Shown: one piece after another, positions 13,701-26,837 of the stretch
Numbering within the stretch: the stretch's first letter is position 1
Layout: each line of letters begins with the position of its first letter
DNA from: Ruditapes philippinarum
Lineage: Eukaryota
Direction: 5' to 3'
Assembly (NCBI RefSeq): GCF_026571515.1
Contig: NW_026852109.1
Span: forward strand, 1-64,000
DNA: 64,000 nucleotides
Made by a program: the position numbers and the translations under genes
The notes under the pieces: model-generated
The model's database searches: none
Seen by the model: only the letters and a program-made list of their open reading frames with translations
What the model was told of the DNA's origin: nothing

Positions 13701-14134
13701 TTTATTATGAGATTTTGATGAGGCAAAAACTAGTTTTAAGATTATATTTTTAACATGAGGCACATTGGCATGAACATTGATTCCTTCACAGTATGTAAAT
13801 ACTTATCAAACAGCAAGCATCAGAATTAAGTACCTTATAGTTTCTTGGAATTTGTCGGCATCACGGTTGCAGAGGTCTGATCAAATGTATTGTTAAACAT
13901 TATCACTTGATAACCAGTTTACACTTTCTGCTCAATATCTTCAAATAACTTTATAAATCCAAACAAGCTTGGTATGTAGCAAGCCTAGACTATAGCATAG
14001 CTTTTTAATTGTATTAGCAGAATGTTGGTTTAAATCCTATATGTATATTTTCATGCTGTTTATGTATATCCAGGACTTAAAAGCTGTGCCATTTACTAAT
14101 GAAGTGACTGTTGGTGGTGTTTCCTCAGAAGAAG
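10765..14134 (+). CDS. Three linker exons: 10765-10857 (VSSSNCSSSSSMEEWRAPKFPLKNHYCLIG), 11904-11976 (SCDIIVSKAEVLPVQIQIEVARGE), 14074-14134 (DLKAVPFTNEVTVGGVSSEE)
   Basis: Donors gtaaga, gtatgt, gtacgt. Phases 2-2, 2-0 and 0-1 chain without stops into the repeat exons. Confidence 0.6.
12037..12668. mobile_element. Tc1/mariner-type MITE
   Basis: TA|ctggtttcctagcactttccg ... cggaaactgctaggaaaccag|TA: 21-bp TIRs with 1 mismatch and a TA duplication. Confidence 0.85.
12900..13470 (+). mobile_element. HINE-like element with ~160-bp tandem units
   Basis: tatacagcattaacacatggtcccatac recurs at ~12981, 13144, 13303. Confidence 0.6.
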
Positions 14135-14319
14135 GTACGTCCTGTATGTTCTAAATAAGCGTTATTTTGGGCTGGTAAAATGAAGCAATCGCTAATTATT
14201 TAAAGTCTTGCAATTAACAACAATTGTGATTGTTCAATGCTTTAGTGTGACATACCAGTATTTTAATCCTGATACCCCCCTTATGATGATAAATGTTAAA
14301 AAAGTAGCTACCTTTACAA

Positions 14320-17300
14320 ATTTTGTCTCAGAAAATATATGCCTCTGCCCAGATTTGAGCTTGCTACATTCTTATCATCAGTCCTATAATCAACTGTGTC
14401 CACAACTGACATTCTTAATTCTTTGTGTGTCCTCAGTTGATAATGAGTGTGTCCTGATTTGAAGCTTTATTGTTCTCACCCTTGTGTATTTTCTATTTCA
14501 GAGGTTGATAGTGATTTTGTTCCTACCCAGAAGGAAAATTTGCAGTTTGGGGAAATAGGTGAGTAGTTCTAGAGAAGTATGTTACCTATGAAAAAAGAAG
14601 CCCTGATGTTGCCGAGTGTTAAACAATGGAGCTCCCTGTATAAATTATAAATGTATTGATATGACATGGCCAGGACTTGAACTTCAGACTGTATGCACTA
14701 ACTCACAGCTGACACTATGTCACTTAGCTGTATATGCTGTCCTCCATTAGAAGTGAGTATTGCTTCAATTGTGATTCAGAACATTTTTAGGGGTCCCTGT
14801 GGTTAAGTTTTTGCGTGCAAGCTGGTATCTCCATAACTACTGAAGGGAATGGATTGAAACTTCACACCTTGTTCTCTGTGATTATCTAATATGATTTGCT
14901 TAAATCCCATAACTTTGATTTGCATTTTTGCATAATTTTGCCCCTTTTTCGACTTAGAAATTCTTGGTTAAGATTTTGCGTGCAAGCTGGTATCTCCATA
15001 ACTACTGAAGGGAATGGATTGAAACTTCACACACTTGTTTTCTGTAATTATCTTATATGATTGACACAAGTCCAGTAACTCTGATTTGCTTTTTTACATA
15101 ATTATGCCCCTTTTTCGACTTAGAAATTCTTGGTTAAGTTTTTGCTTGCAAGCTGGTATCTTCATAACTACTGAAGGGAATGGCTTGAAACTTCACACTC
15201 TTGTTTTCTGTGATTATCTTACATGATTGGCACAAGTCCCATAACTCTGATTTGCATTTTTGCATAATTATGCCCCTTTTCTGACTTTGAATTTTTTGAT
15301 TAAGCAAACATCTCCATAACTACTGAAGGGTTTGTGCCTTTTTTTAACAATTTTATGCATTTTATAATAATAAAGCAGTGATTAACTCGATAAAGCATCT
15401 TAAATACAAGCCTTTGTACCTTTTTGGACAATTTTATGTTTTCATATAGGTAAGCATTATTATACTCAATGAAACACACTTGAGACAACTTTTCAAATAG
15501 TCAAACGTTACTGTTTTCCGACGTTCTTGTTTATTTGTTTGAATTTAGTTTCCCCCAATTTATAGTGGGTGTGTCCTCAGTTCGAGTTAACTATGCCAAG
15601 TTTTTACACATTTGGATTGATAATGCTGTTTTCCCAACTGGAAATGTGTGTTGTTTTCAATTTTAAGTTCTATTTGGGGAAGGCTATTTTCTTAAGCCAT
15701 TTCCTTGGTTTTTTTAGGCTCTAAGCAGAACAAAGCTTGATCATCTACTGGCTGCTGCTTAAATACTCAACTTGATTGCCACTTTTTGGTTGAGGACAAA
15801 TTTTGTCTCAGGGAATATATGCTTCTTTCCAGATTTGAACTAAGTTCATTCAAATCTTTAGTCCCATAATCAACTGTGTCCACAATAGACATTCATGATG
15901 CTGGGTGTGTCCTCAGTTGATAATGAGTGTGTCCTCATTTTGAACCTTTAATTAATGTTCTCATCCTTGTGTATTTTCTATTTCAGAGGTTGATAGTGAT
16001 TTTGTTCCTACCCAGAAGGAAAATTTGCAGTTTGAGGAAATAGGTGAGTAGTTCTAGAGAATTATGTTACCTATGAAAAAAGAAGCCCTGATGTTGCTGA
16101 GTGTTAAACACAGGAGCTCCCTGTATAAATTATAAATGTATTGATATGACATGGCCAGGACTTGAACTTAAGACTGTCTGCACTAACTCACAGCTGACAC
16201 TTTGTCACTTAGCTGTATAGGCTGTCCTCCATTAGAGGGGACTATTTCCTCCTCAATTGTGATTCAGTATGTTTTTGATTAGTTGAAATTAGGATGATTT
16301 AGTTTCCCCCAATTTATAGTGGGTGTGTCCTCAGTTGGAGTTGATTATGAAAAGTTTTTACACATTTGGATTTGATAAAATGCTGTTTCCCCACCTGGAA
16401 ATGTGTGTTGCCTCAATTTTCAGTTGTATTTGGGGAAGGCTATTTTCTTAAGCCATTTCCTTGGGTTTTTTTTGGCTCTAAGCAGAACAAACCTTCACCA
16501 TCTACTGGCTGCTGCCTAGCTACTCTACTTGATTCATTTCTTGGTGGAGGACCAATTTTGTCTCAGGGAATATATTCCTTTGCCCAGATGATTTGAGCTT
16601 GCTACATTATTGTCATCAGTTCCATAATCAACTGTGTCCACAATAGACATTCATTATGCTGAATGTGTCCTAAGTTGATAATGAGTGTGTCCTCATTTTG
16701 AACCTTTATTTCACTCACCCATGTGTTTTTTCTATTTCAGAAGTTGCTAGTGATTTTGTTCCTACCCAGAAGGAAAATTTGCAGTTTGAGGAAATAGGTG
16801 AGTAGTTCTAGAGAATTATGTTACCTATGAAAAAAGAAGCCCTGATGTTGCTGAGTGTTAAACAATGGAGCTCCCTGTATAAATTATAAATGTATTGATA
16901 TGACATGGCCAGGACTTGAACTTAAGACTGTCTGCACTCACTCACAGCTGACACTTTGTCACTTAGCTGTATAGGCTGTCCTCAATTAGAAGTGAGTATT
17001 TCCTCCTCATTTGTGATTCTGTATGTTTTTGATTAGTTGAAATTAGGATGATTTAGTTTCCCCCAAATTATAGTGGGTGTGTCCTCAGTTGGAGTTGATT
17101 ATGCCAAGTTTTTACACATTTGAATTGGTAAAATGTTGTTTTCCCCAACTGGAAATGTGTGTTGCCTCAATTTTCAGTTGTATTTGGGGAAGGCTATTTT
17201 CTTAAGCCATTTTCTTGGTTTATTTAGGCTCTAAGCAGAACAAAACTTGATCATCTACTGCTTGCTGCCTTGCTACTCTACTTGATTCATTTCTTGGTGG

Positions 17301-20300
17301 AGGACAAATTTTGTCTCAAGGAATATATTCCTCTGCCCAGATTTGAGCTTGCTACATTCTTCTCATCAGTCCTATAATCAATTGTGTCCACAATTGACAT
17401 TCATTATGCTGGGTGTGTCCTCATTTTGAACCTTTAATTAATGTTTCTCACCCTTGTGTATTTTCTATTTCAGAGGTTGAAAGTGATTTTGTTCCTACCC
17501 AGAAGGAAAATGTGCAGTTTGGGGAAATAGGTGAGTAGTTCTAGAGAAGTATGTTACCTATGAAAAAAGAAGCCCTGATGTTGCTGAGTGTTAAACAATG
17601 GAGCTCCCTGTATGAATTATAAATGTATTGATATGACATGGCCAGGACTTGAACTTAAGACTGTCTGCACTCACTCACAGCTGACACTTTGTCACTTAGC
17701 TGTATAGGCTGTCCTCAATTAGAAGTGAGTATTTCCTCCTCATTTGTGATTCTGTATGTTTTTGATTAGTTTAAATAAGGATGATTTAGTTTCCCCGAAT
17801 TTTATAGTGGGTGTGTCCTCAGTTGGAGTTGATTATGCCAAGTTTTTACACATTTGGATTGGTAAAATGCTGTTTCCACCCCTGGAAATGTGTGTTGCCT
17901 CAATTTTCAGTTGTATTTGGGGAAGGTTATTTTCTTAAGCCATTTTCTTGGTTGATTTAGGCTCTAAGCAGAACAAAACTTGATCATCTACTGCTTGCTG
18001 CCTTGCTACTCTACTTGATTCATTTCTTGGTGGAGGACAAATTTTGTCTCAGGGAATATATTCCTCTGCCCAGATTTGAGCTTGCTACATTCTTGTCATC
18101 AGTCCTATAATCAATTGTGTCCACAATTGACATTCATTATGCTGGGTGTGTCCTCATTTTGAACCTTTAATTAATGTTTCTCACCCTTGTGTATTTTCTA
18201 TTTCAGAGGTTGATAGTGATTTTGTTCCTACCCAGAAGGAAAATTTGCAGTTTGGGGAAATAGGTGAGTAGTTCTAGAGAAGTATGTTACCTATGAAAAA
18301 AGAAGCCCTGATGTTGCTGAGTGTTAAACACAGGAGCTCCCTGTATAAATTATAAATGTATTGATATGACATGGCCAGGACTTGAACTTCAGACTGTCTG
18401 CACTCACTCACAGCTGACACTTTGTCACTTAGCTGTATAGGCTGTCCTCAATTAGAAGTGAGTATTTCCTCCTCATTTGTGATTCTGTATGTTTTTGATT
18501 AGTTTAAATTAGGATGATTTAGTTTCCCCGAATTTTATAGTGGATGTGTCCTCAGTAAGAGTTGATTATTCCAGTACTTCTACACATTTGGATTGATAAT
18601 GCTTTTTCTCCAACTTGAAATGTGTGTTGTCTTCAATTTTAAGTTCTATTTGGGAAAGGCTATTTTCTTAAGCCATTTCCTTGGTTTTTTAGGCTCTAAG
18701 CAGACCAAACCTTGATCATCAACTGGCTGCTGCCTAGCTTCTCCACTTGATTGTCATTTTTTGGTTGAGGACAAATTTTGTCTCAAAGAATATATGCTTC
18801 TTTCCAGATTTGAACTTAGTTCATTCAAATCTTTAGTCCCATAATCAACTGTGTCCACAATAGACATTCATGATGCTGGGTGTGTCCTCAGTTGATAATG
18901 AGTGTGTCCTCATTTTGAACCTTTAATTAATGTTCTCATCCTTGTGTATTTTCTATTTCAGAGGTTGATAGTGATTTTGTTCCTATCCAGAAGGAAAATT
19001 TGCAGTTTGAGGAAATAGGTGAGTAGTTCTAGAGAAGTATGTTACCTATGAAAAAAGAAGCCCTGATGTTGCTGAGTGTTAAACACAGGAGCTCCCTGTA
19101 TAAATTATAAATGTATTGATATGACATGGCCAGGACTTGAACTTCAGACTGTATGCACTCACTCACAGCTGACACTTTGTCACTTAGCTGTATAGGCTGT
19201 CCTCAATTAGAGGGGAGTATTTCCTCCTCAGTTGTGATTCAGTATGTTTTTGATTAGTTGAAATTAGGATGATTTAGTTTCCCCAAAATTATAGTGGGTG
19301 TGTCCTCAGTTCGAGTTGATTATGCCAAGTTTTTACACATTCGGATTGGTAAATTGCTGTTTCCCAAACTGGAAATGTGTGTTGCCTCAATTTTCAGTTG
19401 TATTTGGGGAAGGCTATTTTCTTAAGCCATTTCCTTGGTTTATTTAGGCTCTAAGCAGAACAAAACTTGATCATCTACTGGCTGCTGCCTAGCTACTCTA
19501 CTTGATTGCCATTTCTTGGTGAAGGACAGATTTTGTCTCAGGGAATATATTTCTCTGCCCAAATTTGAGCTTGCTGCATTCTTGTCATCAGTCCCATAAT
19601 CAATTGTGTCCACAATAGACATTCATTATGCTGAATGTGTCCTAAGTTGATAATGAGTGTGTCCTCATTTTGAACCTTTATTTCACTCACCCTTGTGTAT
19701 TTTCTATTTCAGAGGTTGATAGTGATTTTGTTCCTACCCAGAAGGAAAATTTGCAGTTTGAGGAAATAGGTAAGTAGTTCTAGAGAATTATGTTACCTAT
19801 GAAAAAAGAAGCCCTGATGTTGCTGAGTGTTAAACAATGGAGCTCCCTGTATAAATTATAAATGTATTGATATGACATGGCCAGGAGTTGAACTTCAGAC
19901 TGTATGCACTATTCTCGTTTTTCTACACATTTGGATTGATAATGCTGTTTCCCAAACTGGAAATGTGTATTGTCTTCAATTTTCAGTTGTATTTGGGGAA
20001 GGCTATTTTCTTAAGCCATTTCCTTGGTTTTTTAGGCTCTAAGCAGAACAAACCTTGATCATCTACTGGCTGCTGCCTAGCTACTCCACTTGATTGCCAC
20101 TTTTTGGTTGAGGACAAATTTTGTCTCAAAGAATACATGCTTCTTTCCAGATTTGAACTAAGTTCATTCAAATCTTTAGTCCCATAATCAACTGTGTCCA
20201 CAATAGACATTCATGATGCTGGGTGTGTCCTCAGTTGATAATGAGTGTGTCCTCATTTTGAACCTTTAATTAATGTTCTCATCCTTGTGTATTTTCTATT

Positions 20301-21860
20301 TCAGAGGTTGATAGTGATTTTGTTCCTACCCAGAAGGAAAATTTGCAGTTTGAGGAAATAGGTGAGTAGTTCTAGAGAAGTATGTTACCTATGAAATTGG
20401 AAGCCCTGATTTTGCTGAGTGTTAAACACAGGAGCTCCCTGTATAAATTATAAATGTATTGATATGACATGGCCAGGACTTGAACTTCAGACTGTATGCA
20501 CTAACTCACAGCTGACACTATGTCACTTAGCTGTATAGGCTATCCTCCATTAGAGGGGAGTATTTCCTCCTCAATTGTGATTCAGTATGTTTTTGATTAG
20601 TTGAAATTAGGATGATTTAGTTGCCCCCAATTTATAGTGGGTGTGTCCTCAGTTCGAGTTGATTATGCCAAGTTTTTACACATTTGGATTGGTAAATTGC
20701 TGTTTTCCCCAACTGGAAATGTGTGTTGACTCAATCTTCAGTGTATTTGGGGAAGGCTATTTTCTTAAGCCATTTCCTTGGTTTATTTAGGCTCTAAGCA
20801 GAACAAAACTTGATCATCTACTGGCTGCTGCCTAGCTACTCTACTTGATTCATTTCTTGGTGAAGTACAAATTTTGTCTCAGGGCATATATTTCTCCCAG
20901 ATTTGAGCTTGCTACATTCTTGTCATCAGTCCCATTATCAATTGTGTCCACAATAGACATTCATTATGCTGAATTTGTCCTCAGTTGATAATTAGTGTGT
21001 CCTCATTTTGAACCTTTATTTCACTCACCCTTGTGTATTTTCTATTTCAGAGGTTGATAGTGATTTTGTTCCTACCCAGAAGGAAAATTTGCAGTTTGAG
21101 GAAATAGGTGAGTAGTTCTAGAGAAGTATGTTACCTATGAAATTGGAAGCCCTGATTTTGCTGAGTGTTAAACACAGGAGCTCTCTGTATAAATTATAAA
21201 TGTATTGATATGACATGGCCAGGACTTGAACTTCAGACTGTATGCACTAACTCACAGCTGACACTATGTCACTTAGCTGTATAGGCTGTCCTCCATTAGA
21301 GGGGAGTATTTCCTCCTCAATTGTGATTCAGTATGTTTTTGATTAGTTGAAATTAGGATGATTTAGTTTCCCCCAATTTATAGTGGGTGTGTCCTCAGTT
21401 GGAGTTGATTATGCCAAGTTTTTACACATTTGGATTTGATAAAATGCTGTTTCCCCACCTGGAAATGTGTGTTGCCTCAATTTTCAGTTGTATTTGGGGA
21501 AGGCTATTTTCTTAAGCCATTTCCTTGGTTTTTTTTTTTTTGGCTCTAAGCAGAACAAACCTTGATCATCTACTGGCTGCTGTTTAGCTACTCCACTTGA
21601 TTGACATTTCTTGGTGGAGGTCAAATTTTGTCTCAAAGAATATATGCCTCTGTCTAGATTTGAACTTAGTACATTGACATTCATTATGTTGAGTGTGTCC
21701 TCAGTTGATAATGAGTGTGTCCTCATTTTGAACCTTTATTTCACTCACCCTTGTGTATTTTCTATTTCAGAGGTTGATAGTGATTTTGTTCCTACCCAGA
21801 AGGAAAATTTGCAGTTTGAGGAAATAGGTAAGTAGTTCTAGAGAAATATATGTTACCTAT
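14320..21860 (+). repeat. Tandem array of ~720-755-bp exon+intron units (~10 units)
   Basis: Near-identical units. Exon-to-exon spacings are 1485 (HINE-like insertion), 754, 733, 733, 755, 751, 592 and 746, 720. Confidence 0.95.
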
Positions 21861-22312
21861 GGAAAAAGTAGCTGCATGTCTTGTAAATCACATATAAATT
21901 GCACAAGATAGCTGAGGCGATACAAAGGATTAAGAGAAAAATTTGAAAAAGTTAATGCGAGTACTTACTTTTTAAAAGCATTTTGTTAGAACTTTGCTTT
22001 TTCTTTACGGCTTAAGTTTGCAGTTGAAGAAGAAAGCAAATCACACACAGAATGTGATCATTATGTTTGTAGGGCTAAACAAGAATACAGTCAGGATACA
22101 TACATAGTGTTAAGTAATGTTCTCAGCCCAAATTTGGGATCCATCAACCTTGCCTACAATTGACATTCATTATGCTGGGTTTGTCCTCAGTTGTAAATGT
22201 GTGTGTCCTCATTATGATTAAATAATGTAACACCATTGTATATTTTCTATTTCAGAGGTTGACAGTGATTGTTTTTCTACTCAAAAGGAAAATTTGGTCT
22301 CCCAGGAAATAG
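14502..22312 (+). CDS. Eleven copies of a 57-nt phase-1/1 exon encoding EVDSDFVPTQKENLQF(G/E)EI
   Basis: Starts at 14502, 15987, 16741, 17474, 18207, 18962, 19713, 20305, 21051, 21771 and 22256 (diverged: EVDSDCFSTQKENLVSQEI). Each has a tttctatttcag acceptor, a gtgagt/gtaagt/gttagt donor and no stop. Confidence 0.85.
14785..15340 (+). mobile_element. HINE-like ~165-bp tandem repeat inserted in the first array unit
   Basis: gcaagctggtatctccataactactgaagggaatgg at ~14813, 14978, 15143, partial at 15305. Confidence 0.7.
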
Positions 22313-22691
22313 GTTAGTAGGCGAAAAGCCAAACATTGATAAAAAGTGGCTGCAGTTCTTGTTATGCTATGGGTTTTTAAAGTTCTGTATGTAATTTGCT
22401 CTGGACAGCTGAGCTGGTGTGTAAGATTAAGCAACTATAATTCAAAGAAAGAAATTTCTCACAATACAAATACATGTACTTTTTTTAGCATTGTATAAGA
22501 CTTTGGGTTCTTCCATATTGCATATGTGCTTAATTGCTGAGAGGGAAAACATCAGCTTGTAATTGTAATGTTTAAAGAGATAAACAAGAAAACATTGTGA
22601 CAGCATGCATTGTTTTTAGTAAAGTCCTCTCCCCAGATTCAAACTCACTACCTTCCGATCATCAGTCCCATGCTTTATTATCCTGTGTGCC

Positions 22692-23353
22692 TCTTTTTAT
22701 ATGCCTGAAAGAAATGTAGGGCATATTATTTATATTATACCCCTTTGGCTTTCGTCTGTCTAATAGCAATTTGGTTTCCGCAGCATAATTTAAGTTACAT
22801 TTGGCCCACAGTCTTTAAACTTCATAGGATGATTGATCTTATTGAGTAGAAGACCCCTATCGATTTTGGGGTTAAAAGGTAAGGAAACAATTACCTTAAG
22901 ACTGAAAATGGTTTATGCTTAATAACATAAGTTTTAATCAACCTACAGCTTTCTAACGTCGTAGGATACTTAGCCATATTCAATATATGACCCCTATTGA
23001 TTTTGAGGTCAAATGTCAGGGTCACAATGTCTCTTAGAATTTTGGTTTCCAGAGTATAACAGTACTATTTGTCCGACAGTCTTCAAAGGTCATAGGATGA
23101 TTGCCTATATTGAATAAAATAGTCGTATCTATTTTGGGGTAACTTCAGTCAAATGACCTTAACAGAAAACGGTTTCCGCTCAATAACTTCAGTATTATTC
23201 AACCTACAACTGTCAAACTTCATAGGATACGTTTTCCAAATGAGTTCATAATATGGTATTCATATGAGATATTCATATGTCACACAAATGCTTAAACCTT
23301 ACAAAGAAAAATTTTTTTGGGGGCATATAATGCTCCACCTAGCATTGCTCTTG
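22692..23353 (+). mobile_element. Degenerate HINE, same family as 26838-27957
   Basis: ttttttatatgcctgaa..gggcatatt start and gcatataatgctccacctagcattgctcttgtt end. Confidence 0.7.
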
Positions 23354-23402
23354 TTATCATTGTGTTAGATTTCGGAGTCTTCCTTATTGTTGATGTTTTC
23401 AG

Positions 23403-24703
23403 TTTCAGAGATAGGCAAAACCACGCAGAATGTGAACGTTATGTTTGTAGGGATGAACAAGAATACAGTAAGTATATATAGTTTTAATAATGTCTTAAAC
23501 AAATGTTACTTTGATGATGTCATGATTTTTTCCAAATTTTCTTACCACCAGACATTCTTAGGTAGTGGTCTACAAAAATGTGATTGTTAATGATTAGGAA
23601 AGGTTGACTGGTCATTGTGTGTTTTAATGGATATATTTTCTTGATAATTAACATTATTAGACTCCAAATATTTTGTTACAATTTCTGCCTTTTCTTCTGC
23701 AGGGATTTTTAAAGTTATTTCCAGACATGGTATTGACAAATGATGTGAAGGAAGCTCAAGTGATAATTGCACCATCAGGTATATATTGCATATTTGTTTT
23801 TTAAAAAGGTGACGTCAATAATTGGCGTCTTCCGGATTGCCATTTTCTAGGGGTGAAATAGATTCAATCGTTATTGTGTATCAACAATCTTTATAATTGA
23901 TTTGATATTTCAATATCGATTCCATTTTTTAAACATTGGGTGTCGAATGCCAACAGTTTTCAAACAATTTTTCCAAACGGAAATCAAATCCAAATTATCT
24001 CCCAGTGTATCTAACAAATGCTGCTCAATTTAGTTGTAATCTCGTAAGTCTACTAAGGGATTATTAAGACCATTGATAAAAGGGAAAATGCCAAGAAAAT
24101 TTTCCTCAGTGTTTCTTTGTAAAAATCATGATTACAAAATGATAACTTTAATAATTTAATTTGCCAATTAATTCCCTGCTTACTTGGAATGTTAAGGACG
24201 GCATATAGCCTAATTTTTTTACAAGGTATTAGCAACAAATACCAACTGGTCAGATATAAATTATATACATGTAATATGTTGCATACATAACGTATCGAAA
24301 AATTAGTATCTTGTTTTAGTAGGTTTAATGATGTTAAAACCATCACACAGAACAAAATTTGTCAACGAGTTTGTTTGTAAACTTAGACAATCTGATGTTG
24401 CATGGCCATCTTCTTCAATCGTAGAAGTGATCTGAATGAGACTATTACGTTTTTCACAAAGGGCGACTTCACTTGCTAAACCAGATCAGAACAGAGTGCT
24501 AGGAGTAACAACTCCAGTGACTTAATTTAACCTTTGACATCAAATCTTCTGCAGCCCAACATCAAGACAGGGTCACTGTACTTTTATATATGGGATTATT
24601 TTACTTACTGTGGAGTAGCTTCTCTGGTACCAAATGGAAGTCATTAATTTGTCCTAGTGGCTTGATATATGTAACAGTGATTCAGATCACTGATTGCTCA
24701 TAT

Positions 24704-24753
<50 letters not shown>

Positions 24754-26410
24754 AGAAAAGAAACTTTCGCAAAGTATGTGCCAGTTGTTCAAGGGTACCA
24801 CTTAGATGTACACACTAATATACATGTAGTAGCTTGTAAAACTCGTTTTGTTTGCAACATCGGTCAGCTTATCCCCGTATAAAAGCCCGATATGTTTATT
24901 CAACGTAAAAATCGAGTTAAAACTGTACTAACATGTCTACATTCAAACTTGGAGAGAGTTTCTTTTTTGTTTCAGTATATATATGAGAGTATTTCTGTTC
25001 ATTTTACAAGCTTCAAATTTCCATAAACTACAAATGTTTTCAGATGAACAATTGATGACATCTGTTCATCACAAGGGTGTTTATTTGGCACTTGTTGGTA
25101 GAACAAAAATGATAGTAAGCAGCAGATGGGTTCATGAATCAATTGAGAAAGGACTCTTGCAAAACAAGGTACATTTTACATACTGTAGCATTGATATATT
25201 TATGTGTGACAGTAAAACTTTATAAAGAATTATGTTTTATATTACATATTTCTTCCGTTTATATATTCATTCTATTCCTGTCTGTTCTATACCTTATGAA
25301 CTTGTCACCAAGACATTACATTGGTCTGCTGTATCAGAATAAAATTCATATGGATTATTTTCAGCCTTGATCTACCACTTTTGCTCTCATTCCTTTTTTT
25401 TATATTATGACTAGTTTTAAAGATGTTTTAAAAGTTTAATTAATAAATTGGAGTTAACAAGTGTTACAAATTGCATTGTTAATGAAATTTTGTTAGATAA
25501 GTGCACTGATCTTGATGTTGAGATAAACAGTTAAATTGAACTCTTGAGAAATAATGGAAATATTATAGTGGAGGTTGTTTTACAATTTATTATGGTTCCG
25601 TTTACCTTATTGGTAATTAGAAGTGTCCAGTAAAATATATTATTTATTTATTTGTAATGCTATTTGTCATAGTTAAATGATTTATTCTATAAGGCTAACT
25701 ACATCATCAGAGGCTCTAATCTTGGACAATGGAATAAGACAGAAAAATACAGACATTTTAAATATCAAATCGGTGATGGACTTTTCAAGGATATGACAAT
25801 TGGTGAGTATTACTAAGTCTTATCCAGATAAATATTCTGATATTTAGTTTCAGTTTATGTCATTCCCATAGGGACATTTTTTTGATTTTGATTAATAAAA
25901 AAACATAACTTGAAAGTTTACTTTTATGTGGCCTTGCTTTGAGCAAGTCTACGTTGGTGCTTTTGAATCTTTGCAAATATATTGAAAATACTTAAGCATG
26001 TAATTAAGTACACTTAATAGCTTTGAAGTTTTCCTTTAAAATACATATTGAAACTAGACCCTGCAATAAACAAAACATCAGTGCATTTTTTCTTGAAACA
26101 TTAAAACTTAAGGAGAAGTTGTTAGAGAAATTTAAAGTGCATTGGCCCTTTTTGCTTGACCTTGTATTTTCATTAAGAGGTCAGAGATAATTTCATTTGT
26201 TCTAAGAAATTATGCAAGGCTTTCAGGCAAGCAGTTAAATGCGTTTTTTCAGTGATGGCTCTAGTGATAACAGAATATTTTGAGTTTGTTTCTGTTTTTT
26301 TCTTTTTTTAGAAGAGGTTAGAGAGCTTCTAACAGCCATTGGTGGAGAGGAGAGTCTTTCAGGCTGTGATGCCATAAAAATTTGTGCTGACAATGAGGTT
26401 CTGAGTTCAG
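23403..26410 (+). CDS. Tandem BRCT exons: 23403-23467, 23703-23778, 25044-25168, 25694-25802, 26312-26410 (second BRCT completed at 28570-28640)
   Basis: Spliced: VSEIGKTTQNVNVMFVGMNKNT GFLKLFPDMVLTNDVKEAQVIIAPS DEQLMTSVHHKGVYLALVGRTKMIVSSRWVHESIEKGLLQNK ANYIIRG...GLFKDMTI EEVRELLTAIGGEE...CADNEVLSS GSCVHKEWIFQCITDGMILPTDF. Both repeats have the BRCT alpha3 W-x-x-x-(S/C) signature, and the second has the alpha1 LxxxGG turn. Phases 1-0, 0-1, 1-0, 0-1, 1-1. Confidence 0.75.
24698..24751. repeat. (TA)n microsatellite
   Basis: Direct reading. Confidence 0.95.
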
Positions 26411-26837
26411 GTAAATGTTTGTTTCACTGCATCTACTATGTCTTGTCGAGTGACTCATTTTTATAGAAAAGCATATAATAATCAGGAAATGCAAGCTTAA
26501 AACAGTAATAAGTGCTGAAAACTGTTGATTCTTGAAACACGGGCTTGATCAAAGAGTGCTCAAACAATACTTCATGAAGCATGGATCCATGAAGGAATCA
26601 AGAGATGTTATCTACATTAAGATAAACTTCTCTTTGCCTTTCATGGATGGATTATTTAATATCATACTAAAAATGAAGATATGTTAGATGTAATATCCAT
26701 GTCAAAAGATCAGGGTCATACTCAATGTTTCTTTGTCTCTGTTCCAGAAAACAAGCATTTGTTGTTTATAAATTCTTGATTGGGTCTTGGTTTTACAGTT
26801 TAAGTACACTATCAATTTAAACACATTTCACATTGCC

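Noticed and set aside
14320-21860. Minus- and plus-strand ORFs in the array (e.g. 19440-19622, 19983-20210, 21484-21726, 16366-16596)
   Set aside because: They are not conserved as open frames between units. Only the 57-nt exon is consistently intact and flanked by splice sites.
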